Shown here piece after piece: positions 26,893-39,765 of a stretch of 64,000 nucleotides of DNA (its first letter is position 1; each line of letters begins with the position of its first letter). A program made the translations under genes and the position numbers. The notes beneath the pieces are model-generated. The model made no database searches. It saw only the letters and a list, made by a program, of their open reading frames with translations, and was not told the origin of the DNA. The stretch spans positions 12,297,844-12,361,843 of the forward strand of contig NC_068985.1 in NCBI RefSeq assembly GCF_001194135.2. Direction: 5' to 3'. Source of the stretch: Octopus bimaculoides (Eukaryota).

Positions 26893-29825
26893 ATGCGTGC
26901 ATTTATTACTATTAGCGTAATGGTATTCTCAAAAGGCATCAAGATTTCAATGATAATATTTTGTCAAATTTGTTCTTCACTGAAACGATAGGAAGCATGC
27001 TATGAGGATTTGTCCATCAGCGCTCGCCATTCTTTTCGAATATACACGCAAGACTACACGAAATATTCGTTTTGATAAGAAATACTTGGCTAGACCTTAA
27101 CTGCTGGGTAAGGATAGCACCAAGCACGACGAAATTTTAATTTTCATCTGCTTATTTGACACAGTTTTAGTTTCATTTAAAACCTGGAGCTAATGCATCT
27201 TAGCATTGCTCACTAATATTGTCAGCATCTCAGCATTGCCCACTAAAAACTAATGCATCTTAGCATTGCCCAGTAACATGTTCCTCTGCTTCGTGTATTA
27301 TATATTTTATATTCTAAAATTTCAAAATTAAATCTAAGTTTAGTGTTTTCTATTCCGTTGGTTTTGAGAAATTAAGATATCCGATACGTAATGTAGTTGA
27401 ACCAACCGATTATAACTTTCTTGTAAGATTGAGCTATTTTGCCCATTTAAGGAATGATTATATAGTTTTCTGGTAATGGAGCTACAAGTTATTTCACATT
27501 TCTAGTTTTTATATTTCTTGGTAATCATCTGGAAGGAAAGGAGCATTCGTTCTGAAAATAACTAAAGGTACTGTAACTACAGAAAAGAAACAACAGGATT
27601 GAATATTAATGAAATGAAGCTCCAGTCTGTTGGGCAGAGTTTATCAGCAATATCATGACATTTGCCAAGTTTCCTATAAAGAAACATGTGTCCCTTGTGC
27701 AAAGATTTTTGAACGAAATTTCGTTCTTACGATCTTTTACTGGCGGTTAGATCACCATGTAGCAGGCCTTTGGGATCATTCTATTTGAAATGTAGCGTAT
27801 ATGACCAAGCTATCAGAAGTACCATTGTGCTGGTAGAACCATGAACCTTATATCTACGTGTCTGGTTCATTGTTGGCCATTCGATCAATCCACTTAACAT
27901 TAAGTATCCGTCAAGAACGTTACCCGATGTTCCGACGGACAACGTTAAGTATCCGTCAAGTTACGCGGCAAGAAGCAGTGGAAATGCTAGACCCGTCAGG
28001 AACAGATGACAAACACAAAACGGTGTGCAGGAAACAGAAACTCTATACACTGCAAGGTTGGTGTCAACCGTTATGAAAATACTTTTTGCGGACACTGTCA
28101 ACTACGCTGATGTTGAGGCTAATATTACAATGCATTATTTTTACTTAGAAGCTAGGGAAGGGGTATCTATAAGGACCGAACCGAGATATGTAAACTGATG
28201 GACTACCTCTAGTGCACAGTTGTTAACTGTGATTAGAAACAAGCTAAACGAAGTTGGCGGAGTAAGTTTGTCTTCTTGAAAATCATGGGAAAGACGAAGT
28301 GATGAGGATTCTTTTTAAAATGTTAATGAGGTGGTAGAATTGCACCTCCGAAGTGTTACCAGTTTTACAGCACCAGCAAATAGATTAGCATATCCCCAAC
28401 GAGTACTTTGTGTACTTTAGGTTTGGATCTTAGTCAAAACGGACTACAGAATTTGCCGTGTTATGTTGTGTAGAAGGAAACAATTTCAATTCATTTTCCA
28501 AAAGCATGCTTCAGAATGACGACAAGTAAAATGCCAAGGAAGGTAGCGACAAGTACCCAGTCATGTTTCACTTACCTGCAAATACTGAAGTGTTCTGAGC
28601 AGGAAACAACAAACTTTTCAAATTTGTGTGGAATGACTGTACAATGCAGAGTAGCAATGGCACGAAATTTAAACAGACCGTCTTTGCTCAAGTTCGAAAG
28701 CCTTTGTGAAATCGATGCAGAATGGTTGCCATTATTCTCTTCAATCTTCGTGTATTTTCCGGAGGGACAATCTTGTCAATTGTGGAATATTTCGACCTGA
28801 AGTCACACTGAGACTCAGGCTATATACATATTTAACCATGTTCTGTAATATGTTGGGGATCAACTGAACGAATACCTTTCCAAAAATGTTCATGAAAACG
28901 ATTTCTTTGAGGTGGTAAAAATTCTTTTATCTTCATCCTTGTTATACAACTCCATCGGGACTTGGTTTGGCTGTTGTTGCAGTTTTTGCTGTCATGGAAA
29001 GCTAAATTTCGGCATTTCTTTCAGTCAGTGATATACGGAGACATACATCATACGTCGACTCAAGATATCAACATGAACAAACCTTTTGCACCGTTACTGA
29101 GTTTTATTGCAGTAAAATATCGCCAGGAATAATCTAGATTGTATGCTTATGCCTCTCCATTATTTTAATGACATCCATAGTAATGAAATTATTTGTTGAG
29201 GAAAGCAATGTTACACAAATCCTAGGAAATGCAAGACATTACAGATGATGACACTTTTGTTAATTGGACCCCCTTCGCATGCATCTCATTGAGAGAATCG
29301 TACGATACTTCATCTTTGGTGGAATATGTCTGTTATTGTAATGTTCACTATTCTGATTATGTAAGCACATTTAGTGAATTACTATTTCTATATCTGTGAT
29401 CATTTATTATGTAACGTATTTTTCATTATATAGAAATTCGTTCTTTTATTTCAAGTTTTGTTTCATTATTAGACATATATGAAAATGTGTGATTGTGGAA
29501 AGAGACATGCATTGCTTGAGAAATGAATTCAAATTAATATAACGGATTTGAGCTGCTGTCCGTCTATATTTGGAAATATTTTTCTATATATGTACGTATT
29601 AACTCTGTCATGGCGGTTCATTTCGTTATTATGCATAACGGTTCGACTTTTGTGACATGATATCAAGCTTAGAGATTCTGTCAGGAATCGTGATAAACCT
29701 ATGGGTAATGAATACTGTTGTGCCTGTTCAAGATACGCAAAGTATTATGCAGAATATTATACATAATCCACTCCAATATGTAGATGCATGCATAATTACA
29801 GCTCTGCAGTTAAATATTATTTAGA
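26893..29825 (+). pseudogene. Decayed Toll-like receptor relic D (about 2.9 kb, near full length)
   Basis: Signal-like MRAFITISVMVFSKG at 26893; LRRs LKVL*L..NNRIEY (27562-27606), QLLTVIRNKLNEV (28217-28255), DEDSF*NVNEVVELHLRS (28301-28354), LDLSQNGLQNLP (28423-28458), LLYNSIGT (28939-28962); LRRCT-like NIARNNLDC (29116-29142); TM WWNMSVIVMFTILIM (29317-29361); weak TIR NGFELL (29541-29558). The 5' boundary is uncertain. Confidence 0.55.
27190..27275. repeat. Three imperfect ~30-bp tandem units (..GCATCTTAGCATTGC.CA.TAA)
   Basis: GCATCT(T/C)AGCATTGC occurs three times about 30 bp apart. Confidence 0.8.
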
Positions 29826-29831
29826 ATATGA

Positions 29832-30425
29832 GGCGGCCTACTAGCAGAATCGTTAGCGCGCTGGACGAAATGCTTAGTGGTTTTTCGCCTATCGCTACGT
29901 TCTGAGTTCAAATTATCCCGAGGTCGATTTTGCCTTTTATCCTTTTGGGGTCTACAAATTAAGTACCTGTTACACACTGGAGTCAATGTAATCGACTAGT
30001 CCCCTCCAACCTAATTTCAGGTATTGTGCCTACAGTAAAAATGATTAGCGGTATATCGTCTTTCTTGACGTTTTAATTTCAAATTCCGCCGAGACCGACT
30101 TTACATTTCATCCTTTCAGGGTCGATAAATTAAGTACCGCGAAACACTGGGATCGGTGTATTCAACTTAATTCCGCCCCGCCAAGCTGCTCTTGTGGCAA
30201 AAATAATTGAATACGGCGGCCAGCTGGCAGAAACGTTAGCACGCCGGGCGAAGTTCATAGCAGTATTTCGTCTTTACATTCTGAGTTCAAATTCCCGCGA
30301 GATCGAATTTGTTTTTTATCATTTCCGGGTCGATAAATTAAGTATCAGTTGCATAGTGAGGTCGGTCTAATCGACTGGCCCTCTCCCCAAATGTCTCGGG
30401 CCCTGTTCCTTGAAGAGAAAAGAAT
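29832..30425 (+). mobile_element. Tandem array of three SINE family A copies
   Basis: Units at ~29832, ~30041 (headless) and ~30215, each with TTCTGAGTTCAAATTCC and GGGTCGATAAATTAAGTAC; ends GAAAAGAAT. Confidence 0.88.
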
Positions 30426-31213
30426 ATTTTTCAGAATAGATTATATAACAAGTATATACACACACTATGTTTAAAATATGACAACCAGTTTTTAAAGATA
30501 TTCTTATTAAAGCTTTCAGATTTAGACAAAGACTATTAAAAAGTAATTTTTCAGTCGCTACAATCTTTCTTAATATTAACATAGTATTTTAGTTTGCACT
30601 TGACGATGCAAAACATACAAAACGTATTATTATCCAGAGGAAACATGTTCGGTGTATGATAGATTCCGTTATAAATTATCACGTGGATGGAAACTGAGTA
30701 AAATACGAAATTGAATGCTACATGCAGAAATAACATATCCTGTATTTAAAACAGCACGAAGGTAGAAGAACTTAGCATTCAAAGATGAAACGTTTCTCTG
30801 TCCATATATGAATTATATGACTTCTCAATATACCCACTGTAAATATATGACCACCAAAATCTATACCGTGTTTAAGAAATATTTTGATAATTTGCTTTCA
30901 CGTTGTCACACCACAGTTATTCATATACATACACGCACACGCACACGCACGCACATACACGAAATATATGGTGCCCGGATCTTCCATAGTCCATTCCGTA
31001 ATTTTTGTACTCTTATTCGGCTACCTGGCAAGCGTGGACGCCTACTATGGAATATGAAGACAACCCTTTTTTAGCTTATCGTTTTTCGATACGAAAACTT
31101 TCCACAACCTTCTGTCTCAATAAACCACCATGGACCCTGAAATTTCATTTTTTTAGTATTTACTACGGATTGCTTCAAGCTAATTTTCTTCCTATTCCTC
31201 GATCCTGTAAACC

Positions 31214-31249
<36 letters not shown>

Positions 31250-31259
31250 NNNNNNNNNN

Positions 31260-31298
<39 letters not shown>

Positions 31299-32345
31299 TG
31301 TGTTTCTGCCGCTGTGTGTGCATTTCAGGGTGGGTGTGCACGTGTGCGTGTGTGTGTGTACGCGTGCGTTCATACTTGCACACACACATTATCTTAAAAC
31401 GTGATTGTAACAGTTGCAAAATATGTTTCCGCTTTATGATAATAGCTAAGATCGACAGTGAACTGATAGTAAAGGATTTGCCATCTTATTCTAATAGTAT
31501 TTCACAGGAAAAAACAGAATGATCGGCTTATTCCTTTTGTAAATGATAATATAAATGAAATCCTACTATTAATTCATTTGACTTCTTTGTAACGATTATC
31601 AATTTAATTAAATCGGTCACTTAACAATTTTGCGGAAAACAGGAAAAAATATTTAAAATCAAAATTAATAGGATATAGTTCGGTCCATTGCAATGGTTGT
31701 CTTAAATGATTGATCAAGCGTGCTATTAAACGTGTCAAATTTCTATCTGATTACGTCAGTGGTAGCGGATTAGCTCAAATTTCATATTTTCCCCCGTAAA
31801 CATCATTATAGGTCATTCCCATCATTACTCACATTTTCACCGTCATAATGTTCAACATCAAAGCTGTTTTTATTTTGTCGATCCCATTGTTATCGGTATG
31901 AGTTAATGTAGTTGATAAAAACATGAATGGAAGAGGTTTTATTTTCATATTTCAATCTTGTTAAGGTTAGCGGGCCAGACGTCATGTACTTCTGTTGTTC
32001 TTCTTCTTGTAACAGAAATTTTTAAAACTTGATTCTCATTAGAATGAATGTAATCAAATCATTGACAATTTATGTGGACACCAGTTGACAGTAATTGATC
32101 AGTTATACCGACCCCAGGATGTGAGGTCATGTCAATTGTGATTCATAATTTATACAATGTGAATAACATGTATGAAACCGGAACTAAATCCAGTACATTA
32201 TTCCATGGAAGTGTTAGATCTAAGTGATGTTGCTCATCATCTATATTCACTCCAGTATATATAAGATCCCACGCATAACATATACTCTAATGCGTACCAT
32301 ACAAATATAAAATTAGGATACGTGTTTATCCTAAATTTACACATG

Positions 32346-32502
32346 TAGTCGTGGCTGTGTGGTAAGAAGCATGCTTCCCAAACACATGATTCCAGTTTCA
32401 GTCCCGCTGCGTGGCACTTTGGACAAGTGTCTTCTACTATAGCCACGAGCTGATCAAAACCTTGTGTGTGCTTGGTTTACAGAAACTGAAAGAAGCCTGT
32501 TG

Positions 32503-32505
<3 letters not shown>
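32346..32505 (+). mobile_element. SINE family C 5' half, truncated by gap
   Basis: GTGGCTGTGTGGTAAGAAGCATGCTTCCCAAACACATGATTCCAGTTTCAGTCCC...GGCACTTTGGACAAGTGTCTTCTACTATAGCC, then (TA)n and an N-run. Confidence 0.85.
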
Positions 32506-32534
<29 letters not shown>

Positions 32535-33694
32535 NNNNNNNNNNNNNNNNNNNNNNNNNNNNNNNNNNNNNNNNNNNNNNNNNNNNNNNNNNNNNNNNNN
32601 NNNNNNNNNNNNNNNNNNNNNNNNNNNNNNNNNNNNNNNNNNNNNNNNNNNNNNNNNNNNNNNNNNNNNNNNNNNNNNNNNNNNNNNNNNNNNNNNNNNN
32701 NNNNNNNNNNNNNNNNNNNNNNNNNNNNNNNNNNNNNNNNNNNNNNNNNNNNNNNNNNNNNNNNNNNNNNNNNNNNNNNNNNNNNNNNNNNNNNNNNNNN
32801 NNNNNNNNNNNNNNNNNNNNNNNNNNNNNNNNNNNNNNNNNNNNNNNNNNNNNNNNNNNNNNNNNNNNNNNNNNNNNNNNNNNNNNNNNNNNNNNNNNNN
32901 NNNNNNNNNNNNNNNNNNNNNNNNNNNNNNNNNNNNNNNNNNNNNNNNNNNNNNNNNNNNNNNNNNNNNNNNNNNNNNNNNNNNNNNNNNNNNNNNNNNN
33001 NNNNNNNNNNNNNNNNNNNNNNNNNNNNNNNNNNNNNNNNNNNNNNNNNNNNNNNNNNNNNNNNNNNNNNNNNNNNNNNNNNNNNNTATATATATATATA
33101 TATATATCGTTATGTAATTGTAAGATCCAATGATCCAAGTGCAGGAAGCTTGCAAGGTTCAAGCAGTCCGTGGTAGGCGTAACAACAGTATTCAGGAAGA
33201 CAAAATAATTTATAGGCCTCGGATAAACTGGAAAACGTTATGTATAGCTCACGTTAGCAACAAGTATTGCTACGGATGCGATTGAATACCTAAATTGAGG
33301 CAGTGTACAGGTAAAATCCAGTCTACATATATTTCCTAGTAAGGAGATCCTCTGATGTAACAATTATTCAACAAGGTTTACTTAGGTAGCTATTAATCAG
33401 ACCGATGATATCTTAATTATACGAAGTTACATAGTTGTTTAGGAAAAACCGGTGTAATTTGAAGTGAGTGATGACGCCGGAAGTACACTATAAAAATAAA
33501 ACAACAAAAATAAGCTTGGAGAAATAAAATTGTTAATAACTTAGAAAAGTGAAGAAAGGGGTCAAATATTTGGGATTGGTAATCATATAAAGTTGTAATC
33601 ATATTCTATCAGTTTCATTTGCCGAACCGCTTGATTCCGATTTGAAATGACAATTTTTTAAAAAATAAACAGATGACTGAAAACATTGATGATC

Positions 33695-33782
33695 TATCCT
33701 CAGGCAGAATCGAACTCACCTCACAAATAAACTCTTACATGGCTTCTTGTGAATCAGATTGATCCAGCTCTCAGCCATCAAT
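33695..33782 (-). mobile_element. Degenerate tRNA-like SINE head
   Basis: Minus strand A-box-like TGGCTGAG and B-box-like GAGTTCGATTC; no cloverleaf evident. Confidence 0.4.
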
Positions 33783-33845
33783 TTCATTGAAATTTAGTTA
33801 GTATATAGCTAAACTGTCTTGATACATATATAAATATATATAATA

Positions 33846-33982
33846 AGAATTTACAAAAAGACAAATGACGAAGATGGGTGTGTAAACAACAAACACATTA
33901 GTTAAACGTTCGGGAACTGAGACAGTCTTTCATATTTCGAGCCTACGCCCTTCGACAGAAAGGAACACAGAAATAAACAGGG

Positions 33983-33985
<3 letters not shown>
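33846..33985 (-). mobile_element. Penelope-like element terminal fragment, copy 4
   Basis: GACGAAGATGGGTGTGTAAACAACAAAC...TTTCGAGCCTACGCCCTTCGACAGAAAGG; core mutated. Confidence 0.6.
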
Positions 33986-34017
<32 letters not shown>

Positions 34018-34024
34018 TATATAT

Positions 34025-34054
34025 ATATATATACAGACAGACATACAGACAGAC

Positions 34055-34118
<64 letters not shown>

Positions 34119-34128
34119 TGACAGATAC
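34025..34128. repeat. Compound (TA)n(CAGA)n(GATA)n microsatellite
   Basis: Direct reading. Confidence 0.95.
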
Positions 34129-34597
34129 AGAATTCGATTGTCTATGAAATAATTTCCTTATCCTGTTGCAAACATGTCATTTGATTGCAGTTATAATTTC
34201 TGATATATTACCAATTACATAAACAATATTTACTGCAAAATTGCAAGAAACTTAGTACTAAACGCGAATTTGTTTGCGGCAAGTTCGCAGGAGTCACCAT
34301 TTTGATTATTTAGGTATCACCTTACACTAAAAATTGCAATCTACGAATACATACACATATCTTTGTGTGTTCGTGTGAGATGAAAACGCCCATGCCAACT
34401 CACATACACATGCATATATAGATATATACGTGTGCATGTATTCGATAATAATTTTTTGTTTACGACTTGCAATTGTAAATTAATTATTGAAATGTTATGA
34501 CACATTGCCATTTACAGGCGTAAATCCGACACAAACCAAATGTTGTACAAAACGTTCACTACATCACATCAAACATAATATCTCTGTTAATACTAAT

Positions 34598-34806
34598 GCA
34601 ACGAGCTGGCAGAAACGTTAGCGCGACCAGCGAAATGCTTAGCGTCGTCCGTCTTTAAGTTCTGAGTTCAAATTCCGCCGAGGTCAACTTTGACTTTCAT
34701 TCTATCGGGGTCGATAAACTAAGTACCAGTTGCGAAAATAGGTCAATGTAATCGACTGGCCTTCTCCCCCAAAACGTCGGCCCTTGGGCCTAGAGAAGAA
34801 AAGAAT
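34598..34806 (+). mobile_element. Single full-length SINE family A copy
   Basis: GCAACGAGCTGGCAGAAACGTTAGC...GAGTTCAAATTCC...GGGGTCGATAAACTAAGTACC...GAAAAGAAT. Confidence 0.9.
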
Positions 34807-35759
34807 ACCTTTATTAATTCTGATAACCCTGCTAAATATTTTGTTAAAATGCTTCAAAAAGATTGACGAATTTTATCATTCTTGTAACGGTTTAAATTCA
34901 CGATATATCCCTGAAAAAGATCATTGTAAATTTATTTTTTAATCATATCATAGTTTACACATGATCAAACAAACCCATTATACTAATGTTATTATTAGAT
35001 GATGACGAAAACAGATAAGATTTCTCTTATAAAAGGTGCGTTTCAGTAAATCACATTCAAGATTTTATGATAGACAATATGTACATCGATACGGTCACGA
35101 AACTCAACACGTGTGTTCTTATAATCCAGGTAACTGTGTTAAATATTTACCTATCCTGCTCACAGCACATTTCGTTACATATAATTGAGCTTATAAAATT
35201 TAGAAACTTTCATAAAGAAAATTTATTTATTTGTATGATAAATATAACACTTCACATGAAATGGTCTGCCGTCTATGCACAAAGGATTGCAAAAACATCG
35301 AATATTTTCGTCTGTTAAACAAATAATTTCATTTGGCAAATAATTTCGTAGAATAAGCGGCAACTTCTGAAGAGGAAGTCTGTTGCGTGCATTTTCATAT
35401 AATAGCTACACAGAAGTTTGTACTGTCACAAATGCTTTCTATGATTTTTATATGCGATTATATTACTATTTTACTCTTAAATTCGCACATACTAAATTTA
35501 AATTTCATGAATAAATGCAAACAGACATAGTCACACTCATATTTATGCAGACAAACACGCGCATGTGATATTTGATATTCTCAGTAGAAACATGAAAACG
35601 GAAATTATAGACAACATGCTGTGTCCCCAATGTATATCGTGTTCTTATTCAACGTACTTTGTTACCGATTACGGGTTTTTACGAAAGCTTAGATGTTTTG
35701 TTTGAATCTACTTAGTTATCTGTAATTAGGGATTGTATTCCCGAGTACATACATGCATA

Positions 35760-35781
35760 AATCTATCTATATATCTATCTA

Positions 35782-35860
<79 letters not shown>
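35760..35860. repeat. Compound (CTAT)n(CT)n(AT)n microsatellite
   Basis: Direct reading; lies inside the TIR-like region of relic G. Confidence 0.95.
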
Positions 35861-35863
<3 letters not shown>

Positions 35864-36935
35864 TTCACACATGTGTGTGTATGTATGTTTGCGTGTTTGT
35901 ATTACCACGTATGTTCATTACCACGTTATTTCATAGACAATCGATGTTTTTTTCTTTCAAAGTCATCACTTCTGCGTTCATTAACTGTTTCTTAGCAAAC
36001 TGGTGACACAATATAATTCTCGTTACACATTCAGGTGAATATTGGGAGTCATAGAAACTTCCATTGAAATCAGTATAAACCTTCTAAAACCAGGTGCTAT
36101 ACGTTTATCGGAAACAAAAACATTTCACAGCTTATTTTCTGTTACTGAGATTTGGTGTTGCTCATTTCAGAAAAAAGAAAAAATAACGGAGTTGATATGC
36201 TTTTGCAAATAACGAATATAATATTTTTTCGTTGAAACTTAAAACTGAGGCGTGTTCAAGAAAATAATCTTATATACGCATACATTATATATAAAAAAAT
36301 ACATTTAAACTGAATCCATTTATATATAAGTGTCTCGATAACAATTATCTAATGTGTAATGACATTATCTAGATCAAAATAATTCATTGCGTACGTACAG
36401 TAAGATGTCTTGGCAAATAAGATATAATTACTAGAAATTGACAAATATGAATTAATTACCGTCAACAATTATTTCATTTTTAAAGATAAGACGGTGAAGC
36501 AGATTTCTTTGATATCTCATTAAAATTTGCATACACTTAATATTATTCTAGTCACACACTTGACTTTTCAGAAGCGAACTAAATGGATTTTTAATATAAT
36601 TTTTCATTGTTAAATGTGAATGCACACTTTTGCCACACTTCCTCAAATGTCAATGGCGGCTTTGTCTCGTTTCATTCTACATATTTATGTGATTCTGCAT
36701 TTCAACCCCGACAACATCAAAGTAAGAAAATATAACACTCGAATACGTATAGCTTTGAAACACTCTTCAAAAACATCATAAAGAATTATGATACAAAATA
36801 TTAATGTATTGTGCTATTACGAACACACATATCCACTCAAAATATCCATACATGTGTATGTGTCTGTTTTTCTATGTATGTATGTATATGCGCATTTATG
36901 TATATATAGGTATGTGTGTGTGTGTATATATATAT

Positions 36936-37149
36936 CAGTGTATATGGGGAGAGACATTCTGTTTATTGCCTTATTAATTAACACACACACCGGTTAGATT
37001 TCCATTCATTTACTTATTTATTTTTTCTTACATTTTCGTAGAAACAACGAAAATTTTAGAAAAAATAAATGAGTAAATGAGTAGAAATGGAACCGGTGAG
37101 TGTGTAAATTAATAATACATTAAACAGAATGACTTTCCCCAGGAACAAT
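36936..37149. mobile_element. Fold-back/MITE-like palindrome (~210 bp)
   Basis: Arms TTATTAATTAACACACACACCGGTT...CATTTTCGT and ACGAAAATT...AACCGGTGAGTGTGTAAATTAATAA around a ~7-nt loop; complementarity extends to ~36940/37145; left end starts CAGTG next to a TA repeat. Confidence 0.75.
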
Positions 37150-37713
37150 AAAATGCGCTTCAACACTCGAATCCACATAAAGAATCTTGCAAACAAAATA
37201 CAAAAAACTGGTAGACATACTACGTATATCCTTTGATTAACTTTAATCCTACAGCTATTTAATGATTTTTTTGGAGGGTTGCAATCACTTATATTATTAA
37301 TTCTGTGTTTATCATTTTTAAATTGTTACACTAGATAATAAAATCGTCAATGATAGCTTCACAAATTGTTTTTTCGTGTATTATTTTCTCGTGAATTATT
37401 TGCTCGGAATTGAAATTGTTTTCACACTGGTGGCTTCCATGATTTCGGCGCAAAACGAATCAGTTGCAGCGCGCACTTAAACCAGACGGGTTGTGGATCT
37501 CTGTCATGGTAACGCCTGCCGAGGAAGATTAGGCTATGATACCATTCCAGAAACCGGTCAACGTGAGACCAAATACATGACTTATGATTGTCTTAGTCCG
37601 TTTGCTTTAGGACACTAGATTAAAACAGTATCTATGCTAAGTTCGTAAATGTTTTTTCGTGAAATATCTTTCTCGTGAATTACTTATATATGTATGTATA
37701 TATATATATATAC

Positions 37714-37775
<62 letters not shown>

Positions 37776-38299
37776 NNNNNNNNNNNNNNNNNNNNNNNNN
37801 NNNNNNNNNNNNNNNNNNNNNNNNNNNNNNNNNNNNNNNNNNNNNNNNNNNNNNNNNNNNNNNNNNNNNNNNNNNNNNNNNNNNNNNNNNNNNNNNNNNN
37901 NNNNNNNNNNNNNNNNNNNNNNNNNNNNNNNNNNNNNNNNNNNNNNNNNNNNNNNNNNNNNNNNNNNNNNNNNNNNNNNNNNNNNNNNNNNNNNNNNNNN
38001 NNNNNNNNNNNNNNNNNNNNNNNNNNNNNNNNNNNNTATATATATGCATAAAGAAATATTGGTTATAGAACAAACATTAATTTGGGAAGTTTGTCAGTGG
38101 TCTCAAAGCGACGAAAATATTTTGACAAATTAAATTTAAATGTTGAAGTGAATCTAGCGGTTTTTGTGTGTTTGTTAAATGGCTTATAAACCTCTTCCAC
38201 GCTGCAATTGTTTTCGTTCCAGCACACGATCTCAAATCAGGTCGCTTGATATGCAAGTACATCTCCCTAATAAAAAATAATACATATATATATATATAT

Positions 38300-39600
38300 A
38301 TATATGTATAAAATCACAGAAGGTAAAAGTATATAATCATATAAAATACAAATAGAACGGTCTATCAAAAGGTTGATTATAAACGGCTACAAATTACAAG
38401 AAGATGGCTATAATTATCAGAAGAATAGTGGGTGCAATATTGTCTATGAAAACATAGGGGCAGAACATTAATAACATTTCAGATAGGTAGCAAGAACTAT
38501 GGCGAATAGTTCTATCATTCAGAAAAGACTTTTCAATGCATTTCTCACTTAATTCAGAATGCAGAGAGATATCTCTCTCTTGAATATTTTCAACTTATCC
38601 TGTGCGAAGTTATTAGAAATTGTATTTTTGTGTACCTGATCTTAGTAGAATTAAGAATTTTAGGTATTCATTTGATTTACAGCCGTCTCAAACAAAAAAC
38701 ACATATAACATTACATTAATACGTATCAAAAATACCAAGATAATACTACTATTCACTTCATTTTCCACAAGTACGCGCGCGTGTGTGTGCATGTAGAGAT
38801 GTATGCATAAATGTATATATATATATATATATNNNNNNNNNNNNNNNNNNNNNNNNNNNNNNNNNNNNNNNNNNNNNNNNNNNNNNNNNNNNNNNNNNNN
38901 NNNNNNNNNNNNNNNNNNNNNNNNNNNNNNNNNNNNNNNNNNNNNNNNNNNNNNNNNNNNNNNNNNNNNNNNNNNNGAGAGAGAGAGTTCATACAGCGTA
39001 CAATTTAATTTGAAAACCAAGTCGTGAACTTCACCAGGATTGACGGGATCTCGTTCACTTTATTTACCTGTCGACCAACAGATCTAAACAAAAACTTGAT
39101 ACAGAATTTAATTAAACAATATATATATCCAGAATTCTACTGTTCGCCTCATCCATATATTGAAACTGCCGAAACAAGGGCTCACCGGTCTTTCTTTACA
39201 ATTTTTGTTTCGGTGAATTCGGTTCTTGAATTCGGTCAGATGAAATATTAACATACGCTCAAAAGCGCAAATTTAAGAATATATAGTAACGAAGACATTG
39301 GAAACAAATCAGAAAAAAATATGAGTGGCTTAAGCGATAATTAGGCGCTGTTGATAACTGGCTAACATTACGGACACAATTGATTTAATACCCGAGATAG
39401 TAGTTAAAATGAAACTGTCAGATATGAATGGTGATTAGAAAAATTATATAGCGAGACTCTATACAAGACATACATTTCTCCATCAGTAAGGAAACCTACG
39501 TAAATTTCAAGGAGACGTTAAATCATACGATCGGAGACATCGGAGTTTATGTGAAGTATGTGAAGACGACTTGATGTCGAATATTTAGTAGCTAGAACTT
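38300..39600 (+). pseudogene. LRR-only relic H
   Basis: SIKRLIINGYKL (38361-38396), LLNIFNLSCAKL (38578-38613), DLNKNLIQNL (39081-39110); no TM or TIR seen. Confidence 0.35.
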
Positions 39601-39765
39601 GACGAATGATCGCGTAATGAGAGGATGATGATGATGATGGATTGAAAGAGGAACAGCAGCGTATAACAATTACACAACGATTAAAAGTAATAATATGGTT
39701 AAGGTGTTCACAATTACAAAGAGCATATTTATAGAAGCTTGTTATTTTCGCATTTGTGGAGGGTC

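Larger units (their letters stand above)
31420..36150 (+). pseudogene. Decayed Toll-like receptor relic G, fragmented
   Basis: NLILIRMNVIKSL (32026-32064), MEVLDLSD (32205-32228), LRRCT-like ENLFICMINITLHMKW (35217-35264), TIR-like YRVLIQRTLLPITGFYESLDVLFES (35635-35709), FIDNRCFF (35930-35953). Split by SINEs, a PLE terminus, a gap and microsatellites. Confidence 0.45.

Noticed and set aside
28516-28800. CEIDAEWLP as a DEAH-helicase C-terminal motif
   Set aside because: Isolated match with no helicase context; other frames give LRR motifs.
38075-38272. Possible interspersed repeat next to (TA)n
   Set aside because: Only one copy in the window and no diagnostic structure, so it cannot be classified from the sequence alone.
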